A DNA stretch of 64,000 nucleotides from an uncultured Bacteroidia bacterium. Lineage in GTDB: Bacteria; Bacteroidota; Bacteroidia; Bacteroidales; ML635J-15. Shown here in pieces: positions 1-10,725 of the stretch. Made by a program: the position numbers and the translations under genes. The notes below the pieces were generated by a model. That model was given only the letters and a program-made list of their open reading frames with translations, ran no database searches and was not told the origin of the DNA. The number at the start of each line of letters is the position of its first letter. The first letter of the stretch is position 1. The stretch is taken from assembly GCA_902791865.1 (NCBI GenBank), contig CADAXK010000015.1, positions 21,944-85,943 of the forward strand, given 5' to 3'.

Positions 1-259
1 CATCGTTGTATTCCAGCTTTATGCTTGTCAGTTCGTCGAGGTTGGCGATGCGTTTTTCATAGACTATTTCGGGGTAGTTCGGCGCTTTCAGTTGCCTGAT
101 GCTGTCGGGAATGCTTGAGGGCGAACGCCACCAGACATTCACAGAATCGTATTTCTGAGCCATCGACTTGTTAATCCGTCCAATAAGGTCGGTGTCGGAC
201 TGCGAAACTGCAACGAATGAGATTGTTAGTGATAATATGGTAAAAAATATCCGTTTCAT
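1..259 (-). CDS. 5' part of a secreted protein, probably an MltD-like lytic transglycosylase (truncated by window edge)
   Basis: Own translation from ATG at 259: MKRIFFTILSLTISFVAVSQ (signal peptide)...PNYPEIVYEKRIANLDELTSIKLEYND, resembling Bacteroidota MltD N-termini; catalytic domain outside the window. Confidence 0.5.
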   Translation of the reverse strand, partial: MKRIFFTILSLTISFVAVSQSDTDLIGRINKSMAQKYDSVNVWWRSPSSIPDSIRQLKAPNYPEIVYEKRIANLDELTSIKLEYND

Positions 260-397
260 CTGCATGATACAATTTTGCGAAATTCGGAATAATAATCAAA
301 ACATGTATATGGTTGTGAAACAAAGTATCAACAGACGGCTATTCATTATTTTTATCTAAAAAGTTTTAACGAATTGTTTAGTGTCGCAAAAAAGTAT

Positions 398-405
398 TAT
401 CTTTG
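398..405 (+). promoter_or_regulatory. Bacteroidota sigma-A -7 element (TATCTTTG)
   Basis: Matches TAnnTTTG just upstream of the 418/430 start. Confidence 0.5.
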
Positions 406-417
406 AAATTTGAATAA

Positions 418-3111
418 ATGCAACTATTGATGATACGAAATATTTTTGCGTATATCGTTGGTTTTCTTGTTGTTGTTGCGGTTTTAATATCGTGTGGAGA
501 CAACAAGTCTGCCGTGTCGGATGTCTTTGATGCTGTTCCGGATAATTCTTCTTTTGTTGTAAGCACGACAAATTTTGATACCGTTGCTTTGCTTTTTAGC
601 AATGAAAATGCTCTAATGCGGATGTTTTATTCTCCGAAATCGGACATCGGAATGCCTATATGTTGTGTTGTCGACAGTCTTAAAGGAAGTGGAATGTTCG
701 GCGAGCATTTGTTGCCCGAGGCTGTTGTTGCGGTTCGCAAGGATGGCAATAGCGGATTGTGTCAATTGCTCGTTTGCCGTACGGACATGGGCGACAAGAG
801 CGCCATATCGGAGTTTATGGACAGTTTGAAGCGGATAGATGGTTTTGAATCGCGTATTTTCAACGAGGTTGAAATTCTGAAGTTAAAGTCATCGTCTTTT
901 TCATCGTCGCTTTCTATGGCATTCTCTAACGGACTTGCAATGTTTTCATCGTCGGCGAGGTATATTGAGGATGCTATTTCGTGTGTTTCGGGAAACGGAA
1001 AGAGACTTAAGGATAACGAATGTTTTTCGAGGGCATGGGCATCATCGGGCAAAAAGGAGCTTGCCAATGTGTTGTTCGATTCGAAGGCAGTTCTTGATAT
1101 TTTCAAGAGTGAACTTTTCGATGACTGCAATGTGGTTGCCGATGCTGGAATAATTGATAGTTGGTTTACATTTGATGTGGTCAGCAAGAGCCCGTTGTCG
1201 CTCAACGGATTCGAGTTTGCGAAATCGGATTCGTCTAGCTTTTCCATGCTTGTTAAGTCGCAACCCGACATAGAGTTTAGTGCCTTGTCGGTAATTCCCG
1301 ACAAGTCGTCGGCATATATGCTTGTGTCGTTTGCCGATGCGCAGAGATACGACGAAGCATTGACATCGTTTATGGAATCCACTGGCAAGTCTGGCGAACG
1401 CAAGAAAAAGATTGACAAGATGAACGATGTATTTGGTTTTGATGCCAAGTCGAAGTTCTATTCCATAATAAAGCGTGAGGTTGCGTACATTGCATCGGAA
1501 AATAGCGATAATCCTGAAAGTGGAGTTCTTGTTGCCTGCGGATTGCAGTCGCAGTCGTCGGCTGAGATTGTGCTTGGCGAGATGGTTTCGGAAAAAGAAG
1601 TGCAGATATTGGGAGAATCGCAGAATGTCAAGGTTTTCCATTTGCCATACGACGATATTCCCTACGCTTTGTTTGGCGATTTGTTTGCAAACTGCAGGGG
1701 TGAATATGTATGTTGTATCAACAATTTCATGGTGTTTGCAAATTCGGTGGATGACATACGGATGCTTGTGCGCGAGGTTTCTTTGAACAACACCATGAAG
1801 GCAAGCATTTCGCATAGGGAATTCCTCAGTCGGTTCTCCACGAGTTCAACAATATTCATGTATTATTCGTTTGCAAGTGGCTCCGAAATAATGAAGAGGA
1901 TTTTCTCGCGTCAGTATGCATCCGACATAGAATCGAATCGTTCTGAAATTGCTGGCAATGGTGTACTTGGAATACAGTTGAAGCGTTTGGACGATTTGGT
2001 TTACTGCAATGTTTCGTTCGGCGTACCCGACAGCAAGTTGACGGCAGGTTCGGAAATAATATGGGAGACGAATGTCGGAGCTTCGCTTGCAACCAAGCCG
2101 TTCGTAGTACGCAACCACGATACTGGTGAAAAGGAGGTAATAGTGCAGGCCAAGAACAATATGCTGTATTTGTTCGATGCATCGGGCAAGGAAATATGGC
2201 ACATATTGGTTGACGACGCAATAACAAGTCAGATTGTTCAGGTCGATGCCTACAAGAACGGCAAGTTGCAGTATGTATTTTCTACAAAGGACAGGATATA
2301 CATGGTCGACCGTCTTGGAAATTTCATAACCAAATTCCCGTTGACGTTAAGGGAGACCGCCACATCACCGTTGTCGGTATTTGACTACGAGAACAATCGC
2401 AATTACCGTATGTTTGTTGCATGTGACGATAAAGGCGTATATGTCTACGATGTAACTGGCAATTTGCTTAAGGGATGGGATTTCTCTGGAACCGAGAACA
2501 AAGTGGAATCGGAAATTTCCCATTATGTCATTTCGGGCGAGGATTTCATAGTTTTCCACGACAGCTACAAGGCTTACTTTGTGGCGCGTAACGGAAATTC
2601 GAAGTTGGAGTTCCTTACTGATTTCAGATTTTCGTCGAACAATATTTACTGTGATGTGACAGGAACGCCAAAGTTCGTTACTACCGATGAAAACGGAATT
2701 GTGCGCAGGTTCTTCAAGGATAAGCATCAGGATTCTGTAAAGCTGGGCGATTTCTCGGAAAACCATCGTTTTGCAATGAAGGACATTGATGCCGATGGTC
2801 GTCCCGACTATGTATTTGCCGATTCAACAAAGCTTATGGTGTTCTCGAATAATGCAAAATTGTTGTTTGAGCACGATTTCGGTTCCGAAATCTCAGCTAT
2901 GTCATTCTACCAGTTTGGCGGGCAGACGAGAATTGGCATTACTGCCGAAAATAAAAAGTTATACCTATTAAATATGAACGGAACAATGTATGAAGGTTTT
3001 CCGCTTGATGGAGAAACCCCGTTCAGCATCTTCGAGACGTCAGGAGGTTCTGCTTATAGCCTCGTAACAGGAATGAAAGGACGTTTGGTTAATTATAGAA
3101 TAACAAAATAA
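418..3111 (+). CDS. Large lipoprotein, DUF3352-like N-terminus with C-terminal beta-propeller/FG-GAP-like repeats
   Basis: 897 aa ORF; lipobox VLISC; DAYKNGKLQ, DYENNRNY, DIDADGRPD motifs; start may be ATG at 430. Confidence 0.65.
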   Translation: MQLLMIRNIFAYIVGFLVVVAVLISCGDNKSAVSDVFDAVPDNSSFVVSTTNFDTVALLFSNENALMRMFYSPKSDIGMPICCVVDSLKGSGMFGEHLLPEAVVAVRKDGNSGLCQLLVCRTDMGDKSAISEFMDSLKRIDGFESRIFNEVEILKLKSSSFSSSLSMAFSNGLAMFSSSARYIEDAISCVSGNGKRLKDNECFSRAWASSGKKELANVLFDSKAVLDIFKSELFDDCNVVADAGIIDSWFTFDVVSKSPLSLNGFEFAKSDSSSFSMLVKSQPDIEFSALSVIPDKSSAYMLVSFADAQRYDEALTSFMESTGKSGERKKKIDKMNDVFGFDAKSKFYSIIKREVAYIASENSDNPESGVLVACGLQSQSSAEIVLGEMVSEKEVQILGESQNVKVFHLPYDDIPYALFGDLFANCRGEYVCCINNFMVFANSVDDIRMLVREVSLNNTMKASISHREFLSRFSTSSTIFMYYSFASGSEIMKRIFSRQYASDIESNRSEIAGNGVLGIQLKRLDDLVYCNVSFGVPDSKLTAGSEIIWETNVGASLATKPFVVRNHDTGEKEVIVQAKNNMLYLFDASGKEIWHILVDDAITSQIVQVDAYKNGKLQYVFSTKDRIYMVDRLGNFITKFPLTLRETATSPLSVFDYENNRNYRMFVACDDKGVYVYDVTGNLLKGWDFSGTENKVESEISHYVISGEDFIVFHDSYKAYFVARNGNSKLEFLTDFRFSSNNIYCDVTGTPKFVTTDENGIVRRFFKDKHQDSVKLGDFSENHRFAMKDIDADGRPDYVFADSTKLMVFSNNAKLLFEHDFGSEISAMSFYQFGGQTRIGITAENKKLYLLNMNGTMYEGFPLDGETPFSIFETSGGSAYSLVTGMKGRLVNYRITK

Positions 3112-3118
3112 TATCATT

Positions 3119-4819
3119 ATGAGAAAATTGTTTGAAATATTGGCGTTGGCAACTATTCTAGCAATCGGTATTTTGCCTTCATGTACTAAGGACAATTTCG
3201 ACATGGACAGACTTAGTGGAGAAATCTCCTACGATGGCAGTTTTGCAATACCGTTGGCGTATAGCAATGTGTCATTTTATAAAATTATCGGTGTCATGGA
3301 TACATCGTTTGCTCTTCAGGATAACGATGATGGCTATCTTTCGATGTTCTATAACTCATACGTTGAGTCGAAGCGCGTGCAGGATTTGCTGAATCTCGGA
3401 CCTCAACATTTCGAGAAGACAATAGGTTTTTCTGAATTGCGTTCTAGAGGTATTAATGCAGGTTCGCAGTTGCATTATGAAACGGAGGAGGTGATATCGT
3501 TTACGCTGATGAACGAAAATACCGAAAATGGTGAGGCAGAAATAGATTCTTTGGCGTTAAATTCAGGAACTCTGGAATATACTATTGAATCGACTTTCGG
3601 ATTTGCATCGAAGGTTGTCGTTGAATTTCCATCGATAAAGAAAGGCGGACATCCATTAAAGGATTCGATTTCCTTGTATTCTACCGATAGCTACGATCAC
3701 AGAACCCTTTCGCTTGCCGGTTATACTATTGACTTGACAACGACTAGCAAACATTTCAACGAGATACCTGTAAAAATAAAGACTGTTCTTGATTGCGGTA
3801 GTTCCGTGCCTTCTATGGGTGCTTTCTCCATTACTCTTGATATCTACGATTTCAATTACAAGGGTTTGTACGGGTATCTTGGCAGAAACGAACTTTTGTT
3901 CCAGAGCGACACGATAGACATTACAATGTTTAAGCAAAATCCAAAGTACGACTGGGAACATTCTCAATTCTATTTTAAGAAACCTCGGTTGACTGTGACA
4001 TATTGGAATTCGTATGGAGTTCCTGCAATGTTTTACTTTACCGAATTGGATGCCTATATGCAGGCCACAGACGTAACTTGGAATATAAATAACATAATTA
4101 CCCCGGATTTCCCGCTTAGTGAATCCACTCCGTTTATATTGAATTCTCCTATAAGGCCAGGAGATGAAGTTGAGGGTATGGTTACTGTCAATGCTGATAA
4201 TTCGCATATAGACGAACTTATTCCAAATCGTCCTACTTGGCTTCATTTTGCTGCAAAGGCTGAAACCAATCCGGGAACATCACACGAACATAATAGCAGA
4301 AACTTTATTGATGGAGACTCAAAGGTTAAGGCAAAAATAGAAGTTGAGATTCCGTTGTACGGACACTTGTATAATTTTGTATACCGTGATACTGCCGACA
4401 TAGATATTAGTAGTTATGTTGGCAACCTGCCAATAAAGCGTATGGCTGTAATGCTTAATGTTAAAAACAATATGCCGGTAAAGGCCAACGCACAATTTTA
4501 TCTTGTTGATGAGAACTATAACGTGCTCGATTCTTTGATACAGACACAAAATTCGTTGGTTCTTGATGCTGCACGTGTCGATGCCAATGGTCGTCTGATG
4601 ACTAATGAGCCGGCAACAGCAATTACAAAGATTGAACTTACACGTGAACAGATTGAAAATCTTTCCAATAGTAGGCACATGTTGATAAAGTTCGTTGTAA
4701 ATACAGCTGGTGATGCTTATGGAGGTCAAGATTTGAAGTTGTATCGTGATTATGGCTTCAAGGCAAATATTGGACTTGATGTTGATCTTGATGTTGACGC
4801 TAACGTAAAAGGAAACTAA
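3119..4819 (+). CDS. Uncharacterised beta-rich lipoprotein
   Basis: 566 aa ORF; lipobox LPSC followed by TKDNFD; 7 bp after upstream gene. Confidence 0.75.
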   Translation: MRKLFEILALATILAIGILPSCTKDNFDMDRLSGEISYDGSFAIPLAYSNVSFYKIIGVMDTSFALQDNDDGYLSMFYNSYVESKRVQDLLNLGPQHFEKTIGFSELRSRGINAGSQLHYETEEVISFTLMNENTENGEAEIDSLALNSGTLEYTIESTFGFASKVVVEFPSIKKGGHPLKDSISLYSTDSYDHRTLSLAGYTIDLTTTSKHFNEIPVKIKTVLDCGSSVPSMGAFSITLDIYDFNYKGLYGYLGRNELLFQSDTIDITMFKQNPKYDWEHSQFYFKKPRLTVTYWNSYGVPAMFYFTELDAYMQATDVTWNINNIITPDFPLSESTPFILNSPIRPGDEVEGMVTVNADNSHIDELIPNRPTWLHFAAKAETNPGTSHEHNSRNFIDGDSKVKAKIEVEIPLYGHLYNFVYRDTADIDISSYVGNLPIKRMAVMLNVKNNMPVKANAQFYLVDENYNVLDSLIQTQNSLVLDAARVDANGRLMTNEPATAITKIELTREQIENLSNSRHMLIKFVVNTAGDAYGGQDLKLYRDYGFKANIGLDVDLDVDANVKGN

Positions 4820-4831
4820 ATAGGGAGGTAA

Positions 4832-6277
4832 ATGATTATGAAGAATATTGTTATAATACTGATAGTTGCTTTATTGTCGCTCCCTTTCGTTGCTAATGCT
4901 CAGCAGGCCAATACGCTGTATTATATGAACAGGGTGTTCCAGTCGCAGACTGTAAATGTTTCGCAAATACCTGAAAACAAGATACAAGTTGGTGGACTTA
5001 TTGTGCCTATTGCAGGTCAGTTGCCTCCGGCGTTCTATTTCAATTACGGAAACAATTCGTTCAACTATAATCACATATTGCATTTTGGTAAAGCAGAAAA
5101 GAAGGATAGCCTTGTTCTTGATTTGCCGTTGCTCATGAAGAAGGTGCATAGGAATACTTGCATACGTGGTGAGTTTAGGCTCGATTATTTCAACTTGTCA
5201 GTCCGTACCAAAAAGAATTCTGTTATTACAGTTAATCTGTCGGACAGGTTTATGTATGGCACTACTATACCTAAATCTCTTTTCGACTTCATTTTGAATG
5301 GAAATAAGGAGTATATGCTCGAAGGCAAGCCGCACGATATTTCAAAGTTGTCGTTTGGCTTTTCTGCATTTCACGAACTAGGTGTTGGCTATACAGCCGA
5401 AATCAGAGAGAAATTTTCTATAGGTGGACGAGTGAAACTTCTATTTGGCATGGCCGACGTGAGTACAAAAATAACAAGTCTCGAGTTGAATACCGACCCA
5501 GATATGTATTTTATTACCGCAACCGCCGATATGCAGATCCGTAAGTCTACTGGAATGTTCGAATATGATGGCGAAGAGTTTAACTTTGGAGATATTAACC
5601 AGCTGACGGGTGACCTTGCAGCTTTTGGTAATGTGGGACTTGGTCTCGACTTGGGTGCAAGCTACAAGATTACAGACAAGATAGCTGTATCGTTGTCGGT
5701 TACCGACCTTGGTTTCATAAACTGGCTTCAGAACTCGCAGATTGCATCTACCAAGGGTGAATATACTTTCGAAGGCGTTGAACTTGGCTTCAAGGAAAAC
5801 GATGAAGGAAAACTTTCGTTTGGTATCAATTCCGAAAGGTACAATATGGATCATGTAATGGATACGCTTGTCGACTTGTTTGAAATGGAAGTTCGCGATA
5901 AAAGCTATATGACATGGTTGCCATCAAACGTATTTGTCGGTGCAACGTATCAGTTCCACGAGAAACTTGGATTTGGCTTCCTTTATCGTGGTGAAATATA
6001 CAGGAAAACATATAATCAGGCTTTGTCACTTTCTGTAAATTCTAACCTTACACATTGGCTCTCGTTGCATGCAAGTTGGTCGTTGATAAACAATACTGTA
6101 ATGAATCTGGGACTTGGTTTTTCGGTAAGGGCAGGTTTCATTACTTGGTTTGTCGTAACCGACGATGTCATTGGCTTGGTTTTCCCACAGAAAGCAAAGA
6201 CAGTAAATATGCGCATGGGTTGCAACCTTACATTTGGTCATAAGAAGAAAGTTCTGAATTCTGCAACTAGACTATAA
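4832..6277 (+). CDS. DUF5723-like outer-membrane beta-barrel protein
   Basis: Signal peptide ending ANAQ; alternating beta-strand pattern; GLGLDLGASY, DLGFINW motifs. Confidence 0.65.
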   Translation: MIMKNIVIILIVALLSLPFVANAQQANTLYYMNRVFQSQTVNVSQIPENKIQVGGLIVPIAGQLPPAFYFNYGNNSFNYNHILHFGKAEKKDSLVLDLPLLMKKVHRNTCIRGEFRLDYFNLSVRTKKNSVITVNLSDRFMYGTTIPKSLFDFILNGNKEYMLEGKPHDISKLSFGFSAFHELGVGYTAEIREKFSIGGRVKLLFGMADVSTKITSLELNTDPDMYFITATADMQIRKSTGMFEYDGEEFNFGDINQLTGDLAAFGNVGLGLDLGASYKITDKIAVSLSVTDLGFINWLQNSQIASTKGEYTFEGVELGFKENDEGKLSFGINSERYNMDHVMDTLVDLFEMEVRDKSYMTWLPSNVFVGATYQFHEKLGFGFLYRGEIYRKTYNQALSLSVNSNLTHWLSLHASWSLINNTVMNLGLGFSVRAGFITWFVVTDDVIGLVFPQKAKTVNMRMGCNLTFGHKKKVLNSATRL

Positions 6278-6284
6278 GTAAGTA

Positions 6285-7847
6285 GTGAAAAGGCAACAGG
6301 TTCATACCGCAATATATCATATAGGATTGCTATTGATGGCATTTTTCATGCCCTTGTCTATCTTTATGACCAATGCATCTATGATTATGATCGCAGTGAA
6401 CTGGGTGCTGGAAGGCAAGTATAAGCAAAAGCTGAATAGGATAAGGGACAATTGGAGCATTCTAGTTTTTTGCTTAATATACATTGTTCACCTTGTATGG
6501 CTTGCGAATACGTCCAATTTTGCTTATGCAGCTAGCGACTTGCGTGTAAAGTTGCCGTTGCTAATATTGCCGATTGTTATCGGAACATCCGATTTGCTTT
6601 TGACAAAGCGCTTGAATCAAATATTATTGGCATTTGTAGGAGGCGTTTTTGTTTCGGCATGTATTGGTATATCGGCAAGTTTGCTCGGATTTGGCGATAA
6701 TTTTAGGGATTTGGCCTTGTTTGTTAGCAACATAAGACTTTCGCTTATGGCATGCCTTTCCATATTCATAATATTGTATTTTGTGGACAAAGGCATATTT
6801 TTCAAGCGTTGGACAATTGTTGTTGCAGTACTTGTAATTTTGCAAATGCTGGTTTTCATGTGGCTTATTCAGTCAATTACTGGATACGTCTGTCTGTTTG
6901 CTACTCTTATTATCGTTTTAATATCTGTTTCAATAAAGACAAAGCGTAAATTGTATTCACGCATTTGTTTGTCGCTGGCCATAGTTGTGCCATTGGTCGT
7001 AATTGGATTGTTGGCATTTTGCATACACGATTTTTATAAACCTACAGGCGAAAATGTGCAGTTGGAAAAGACTGCAAGGGGAGTTCCATACGATGAGGTG
7101 TTTTCGGACGGGACAATAGAGAATGGCAATGTAGTGTGGATGAATGTTTCGAAGCAGGAATTGGAGCAGTCGTGGAAGGAAAGAAGCGGTATTCCACTTG
7201 ATAGCCTTGATAATCGCGGTCAGCATATTTATTATACGCTTTTGAGGTATATGACGTCTATTGGTCTTACTAAGGATGCCGAAGGAGTGGCAAGGTTGTC
7301 GCAGGCTGACATTAAAAATATTGAGAGCGGAGAGACAAACTACAGGTTTGTAAAAAATGGCGGATTGCTAAATCGTATTTATGTGATAATATGGGAATTC
7401 GATGTATATCGCAAGACTGGAGACTGTAATGGTCATTCGGTGACACAGCGTGTAGAATTCCTGAAGTACGGTTTAAAATTGATAGGACGGAATTTTTTCG
7501 CAGGGACTGGTGTCGGAGATGTAAATGATGAATATCAGGCGATATATGAGGAGGAAGGTTCCTCGTTAATGCGTGATTATTGGCATCGTGCGCACAATCA
7601 GTTTGTTACGTTCTTTATTGCATTTGGTATATTTGGATTGCTGATATGTGTTTTTGCATGGTTTTATCCTGCTATTGCCGGATGGAAGTCACGCAACTAT
7701 TATTTCATGATATTTTTCCTGATAGCTACCATATCAATGTTTTCTGATGATACGCTCGAAACATCTACTGGGGCAGTTTTCGTGGCGTTCTTTTATTCAC
7801 TTTTAAGATGGACAACGGATGAAAAACGAGAAATTAATGAGGGATAA
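6285..7847 (+). CDS. O-antigen ligase (Wzy_C) family membrane protein
   Basis: Many TM segments; GTGVGD and RAHNQF...FGIFG motifs. Confidence 0.75.
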   Translation: MKRQQVHTAIYHIGLLLMAFFMPLSIFMTNASMIMIAVNWVLEGKYKQKLNRIRDNWSILVFCLIYIVHLVWLANTSNFAYAASDLRVKLPLLILPIVIGTSDLLLTKRLNQILLAFVGGVFVSACIGISASLLGFGDNFRDLALFVSNIRLSLMACLSIFIILYFVDKGIFFKRWTIVVAVLVILQMLVFMWLIQSITGYVCLFATLIIVLISVSIKTKRKLYSRICLSLAIVVPLVVIGLLAFCIHDFYKPTGENVQLEKTARGVPYDEVFSDGTIENGNVVWMNVSKQELEQSWKERSGIPLDSLDNRGQHIYYTLLRYMTSIGLTKDAEGVARLSQADIKNIESGETNYRFVKNGGLLNRIYVIIWEFDVYRKTGDCNGHSVTQRVEFLKYGLKLIGRNFFAGTGVGDVNDEYQAIYEEEGSSLMRDYWHRAHNQFVTFFIAFGIFGLLICVFAWFYPAIAGWKSRNYYFMIFFLIATISMFSDDTLETSTGAVFVAFFYSLLRWTTDEKREINEG

Positions 7848-8307
7848 CGAGTATTTTATGAGGTTGGCAATCGAGAAGTCGATTGAAAGTGTGGAAAATG
7901 GAGGAGGCCCTTTTGGCGCTGTTGTAGTTAAGGATGGCGAAGTCGTATCTGTAGCATCAAATTCTGTTACTATCGACAACGACCCAACAGCTCATGCCGA
8001 GGTTAATGCTATAAGGCAGGCATGCCGTAAACTTGGCACATTCGACCTTTCTGGCTGTGAAATTTATGCATCATGCGAGCCATGTCCGATGTGCTTGGCT
8101 TCAATATATTGGGCGCGGATAGATAAGTTGTACTATGCAAACACCAAGTCCGATGCCGACAAGATTGGTTTCAGCGACAACTTCATATACGAAGAGTTTG
8201 CAAAACCCGAATCCGAACGCAGTATCAAGGTTGTTTCAATGTTGCGTGACGAAGCTTTGACTGCATTCAAGAAATGGGAAGCAAAAACCGACAAGACCGA
8301 ATATTAG
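7837..8307 (+). CDS. Guanine/nucleoside deaminase (CDA fold)
   Basis: GGPFGA, HAE and CEPCPMC zinc motifs; start trimmed to ATG 7837. Confidence 0.9.
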   Translation: MRDNEYFMRLAIEKSIESVENGGGPFGAVVVKDGEVVSVASNSVTIDNDPTAHAEVNAIRQACRKLGTFDLSGCEIYASCEPCPMCLASIYWARIDKLYYANTKSDADKIGFSDNFIYEEFAKPESERSIKVVSMLRDEALTAFKKWEAKTDKTEY

Positions 8308-8396
8308 ATTTCTGGAAGATACATTTGCTACGATATTTTTTTGAATATTAGCGATAACTTGTGTAGTTTTGTGGCGTTGAAAATAAAAAGTTAACT

Positions 8397-8939
8397 ATGC
8401 TAACATTCAGGGAGTTGGCTTTAAGTCGCCAAAGCACCAGAAGCTTTTCCGACAAGGAAGTTGAACTAGAAAAGATAAAAAGAATATGTGAGGTGGCAGC
8501 TATGTCGCCTTCGTCGTGCAATTCGCAGCCGTGGAAAATGCATATAGTAAGACCTACTTATGCAAAAATCGCCGATTTACGCAAGGCATGCCAGGCTGTC
8601 GGACTTAATCCTTTCCTGGACAATGTTTCAAATTTCATCGTGGTTGAGCAGACTTTTGGAAATATGAAGTCAAAGGCTGGTGGCTTTTTCTCAAACAACG
8701 ACCTGAATTCAATCGACTTGGGCATTCTGGCGGCACATATTTGTTTGGCTGCCGAGGAAGAAGGCCTTGGTACATGCATGATTGGTTCATTCAGAAATAA
8801 GATTGCCAACAAGGCTATGAATTTCAGTTCTTTCCGAAGGATAAGGCTAGTTGTCGCTGTAGGCTATGCTGCCGACGGCTACGAAATCCGCAAGAAGACA
8901 AGAAAAAACACCGAAGACATAATTGATGTAATCGAGTAA
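8397..8939 (+). CDS. Nitroreductase family protein
   Basis: RQSTRSF, SPSSCNSQPW, EEGLGTCMIG motifs. Confidence 0.9.
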   Translation: MLTFRELALSRQSTRSFSDKEVELEKIKRICEVAAMSPSSCNSQPWKMHIVRPTYAKIADLRKACQAVGLNPFLDNVSNFIVVEQTFGNMKSKAGGFFSNNDLNSIDLGILAAHICLAAEEEGLGTCMIGSFRNKIANKAMNFSSFRRIRLVVAVGYAADGYEIRKKTRKNTEDIIDVIE

Positions 8940-8940
8940 T

Positions 8941-9843
8941 ATGGCAAAGGCAAATTGGAGCGGAAAGACTGGTGGCGGTCGTTTCGGACAGAGAGCTATG
9001 TTTAAGATTCTCCGTTCGGTCGATGTCAGGTTTGCCTATGTAGTATTGTATTTGGTCATACCTTTCAGTATAGCATTTCGTCCGAAGCAATTTCGTGCCA
9101 TATACTATATGCAAAGGAAACGCTTGCATAGGAATCCTATAATGGCTTTTGTTCAAACTATCCGAAACTTCTTGTTGTTTGGTAAGGTGGTGCTCGACAA
9201 GTTCGCCATGTTTGCCGGCAACACTGCACAATTCAAGGTTAATGTTCGCGATCAGGACTTGTTTTCGCAAATGCTTAGTAAAGAATGCGGTTTCATAACG
9301 GTAGGTGCACATGTGGGTAACTTCGAGATTGCAGGATGTACATTGCAGCAGTATAGCAAGAAGTTTAACTTTATTTCATGGGGTGGCGAAAGCGAGGAAA
9401 TGATAAGTCATCGTCTCGAGGCGTTCAAGAAAGTCAATCCAGATGCCAAAATAATAACAATAGGTAACAATATATCGTATCTTTTCGACATAAAATCGGC
9501 TATCGACAAAGGAGAAACTATTATTACTTCGTGCGACAGACTTTGCGGAAGTCCTAAGCACTACGATGCGGATTTTCTTGGCGAAAAAGCCTCTTTCCCG
9601 CTTGGACTTTTCTTGATTGCGACAAAACTCAAGGTTCCAGTATTGGTCGTGCACATATTCAAGTACAGAGGTTTGAGGTACGAAGGTTTTGTGAAGGAAC
9701 TGAAATACGATTCATCTATAAAGTCGGATGTTGAGCAAGCACAGTCGTTGGTTCGGCAGTATGTTGAAATACTTGAGGATTCTGTTGTCAAGCATCCGCT
9801 TCAATGGTTCAATTACTACAATTTCTGGCAACCGGTTGTGTAA
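8941..9843 (+). CDS. Lipid A / lysophospholipid acyltransferase (LpxL-like)
   Basis: HVGNFE catalytic motif; FLGEKASFPLG; C-terminal HPLQWFNYYNFW. Confidence 0.85.
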   Translation: MAKANWSGKTGGGRFGQRAMFKILRSVDVRFAYVVLYLVIPFSIAFRPKQFRAIYYMQRKRLHRNPIMAFVQTIRNFLLFGKVVLDKFAMFAGNTAQFKVNVRDQDLFSQMLSKECGFITVGAHVGNFEIAGCTLQQYSKKFNFISWGGESEEMISHRLEAFKKVNPDAKIITIGNNISYLFDIKSAIDKGETIITSCDRLCGSPKHYDADFLGEKASFPLGLFLIATKLKVPVLVVHIFKYRGLRYEGFVKELKYDSSIKSDVEQAQSLVRQYVEILEDSVVKHPLQWFNYYNFWQPVV

Positions 9844-9899
9844 TAACTGGACAAATCATAAAATTAGCATTAACTTTGCGGAATACAAATTTTTGCACG

Positions 9900-10676
9900 A
9901 TGGAAAAGACTTTAAAGGAATTTCAGAGATTAATTGAGATACTGGACGAACTGCGAGAGAAATGCCCGTGGGATCGCAAGCAGACAAACGAAAGCCTGCG
10001 CATACAGACAATAGAGGAGGTTTACGAACTATCGGATGCTTTGTTGAACAATGATGCAGACGAAGTGAAAAAGGAGCTTGGTGATGTGCTTTTGCATGTT
10101 GCTTTTTATGCCAAAATAGGCAAGGAGAAGGGGCAGTTCGAGTTGTACGATGTGATTCATGGTATTTGCGAAAAGCTGATTTTCCGCCATCCGCATATCT
10201 TTGGCGATGTGAAGGCCGAAACAGCCGAGCAGGTAAAGGAAAACTGGGAGCGCATAAAGCTTAAGGAAGCGCCGAAAAAGACCGTTCTTGGTGGAGTGCC
10301 AGAATCGTTGCCATCCATAATCAAGGCTTACCGCATGCAGGACAAGGCGCGTGGCGTTGGTTTCGACTGGGACAAGCGCGAGCAAGTGTGGGACAAGCTT
10401 AACGAGGAATATAACGAGGTGCTTCTCGAGACTGCAATTTCCGACAATCAGGATAGAATTGAGGCTGAATTTGGCGACCTGTTGTTTTCGGTGATAAATG
10501 CAGCGCGGCTCTATGGTGTAAATCCCGACACTGCCCTCGAACGCACCAACCGCAAGTTCAAGAACCGTTTCGGCTACCTCGAGGAAAAGACCATACAGCA
10601 AGGTCGCGACCTCAAGGACATGACATTGGCGGAAATGGATGAAATATGGGAGGAATCGAAGAAATTGTATAAGTAA
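9900..10676 (+). CDS. mazG: Nucleoside triphosphate pyrophosphohydrolase MazG
   Basis: CPWDRKQT, EELGD-like KELGD, RHPHIFG, EFGDLLF; ATG at 9900. Confidence 0.95.
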   Translation: MEKTLKEFQRLIEILDELREKCPWDRKQTNESLRIQTIEEVYELSDALLNNDADEVKKELGDVLLHVAFYAKIGKEKGQFELYDVIHGICEKLIFRHPHIFGDVKAETAEQVKENWERIKLKEAPKKTVLGGVPESLPSIIKAYRMQDKARGVGFDWDKREQVWDKLNEEYNEVLLETAISDNQDRIEAEFGDLLFSVINAARLYGVNPDTALERTNRKFKNRFGYLEEKTIQQGRDLKDMTLAEMDEIWEESKKLYK

Positions 10677-10725
10677 TATGAATTTGCGTCTTGCCCGCAT
10701 CTTTGCGGGTATTAAAACAGCATAA

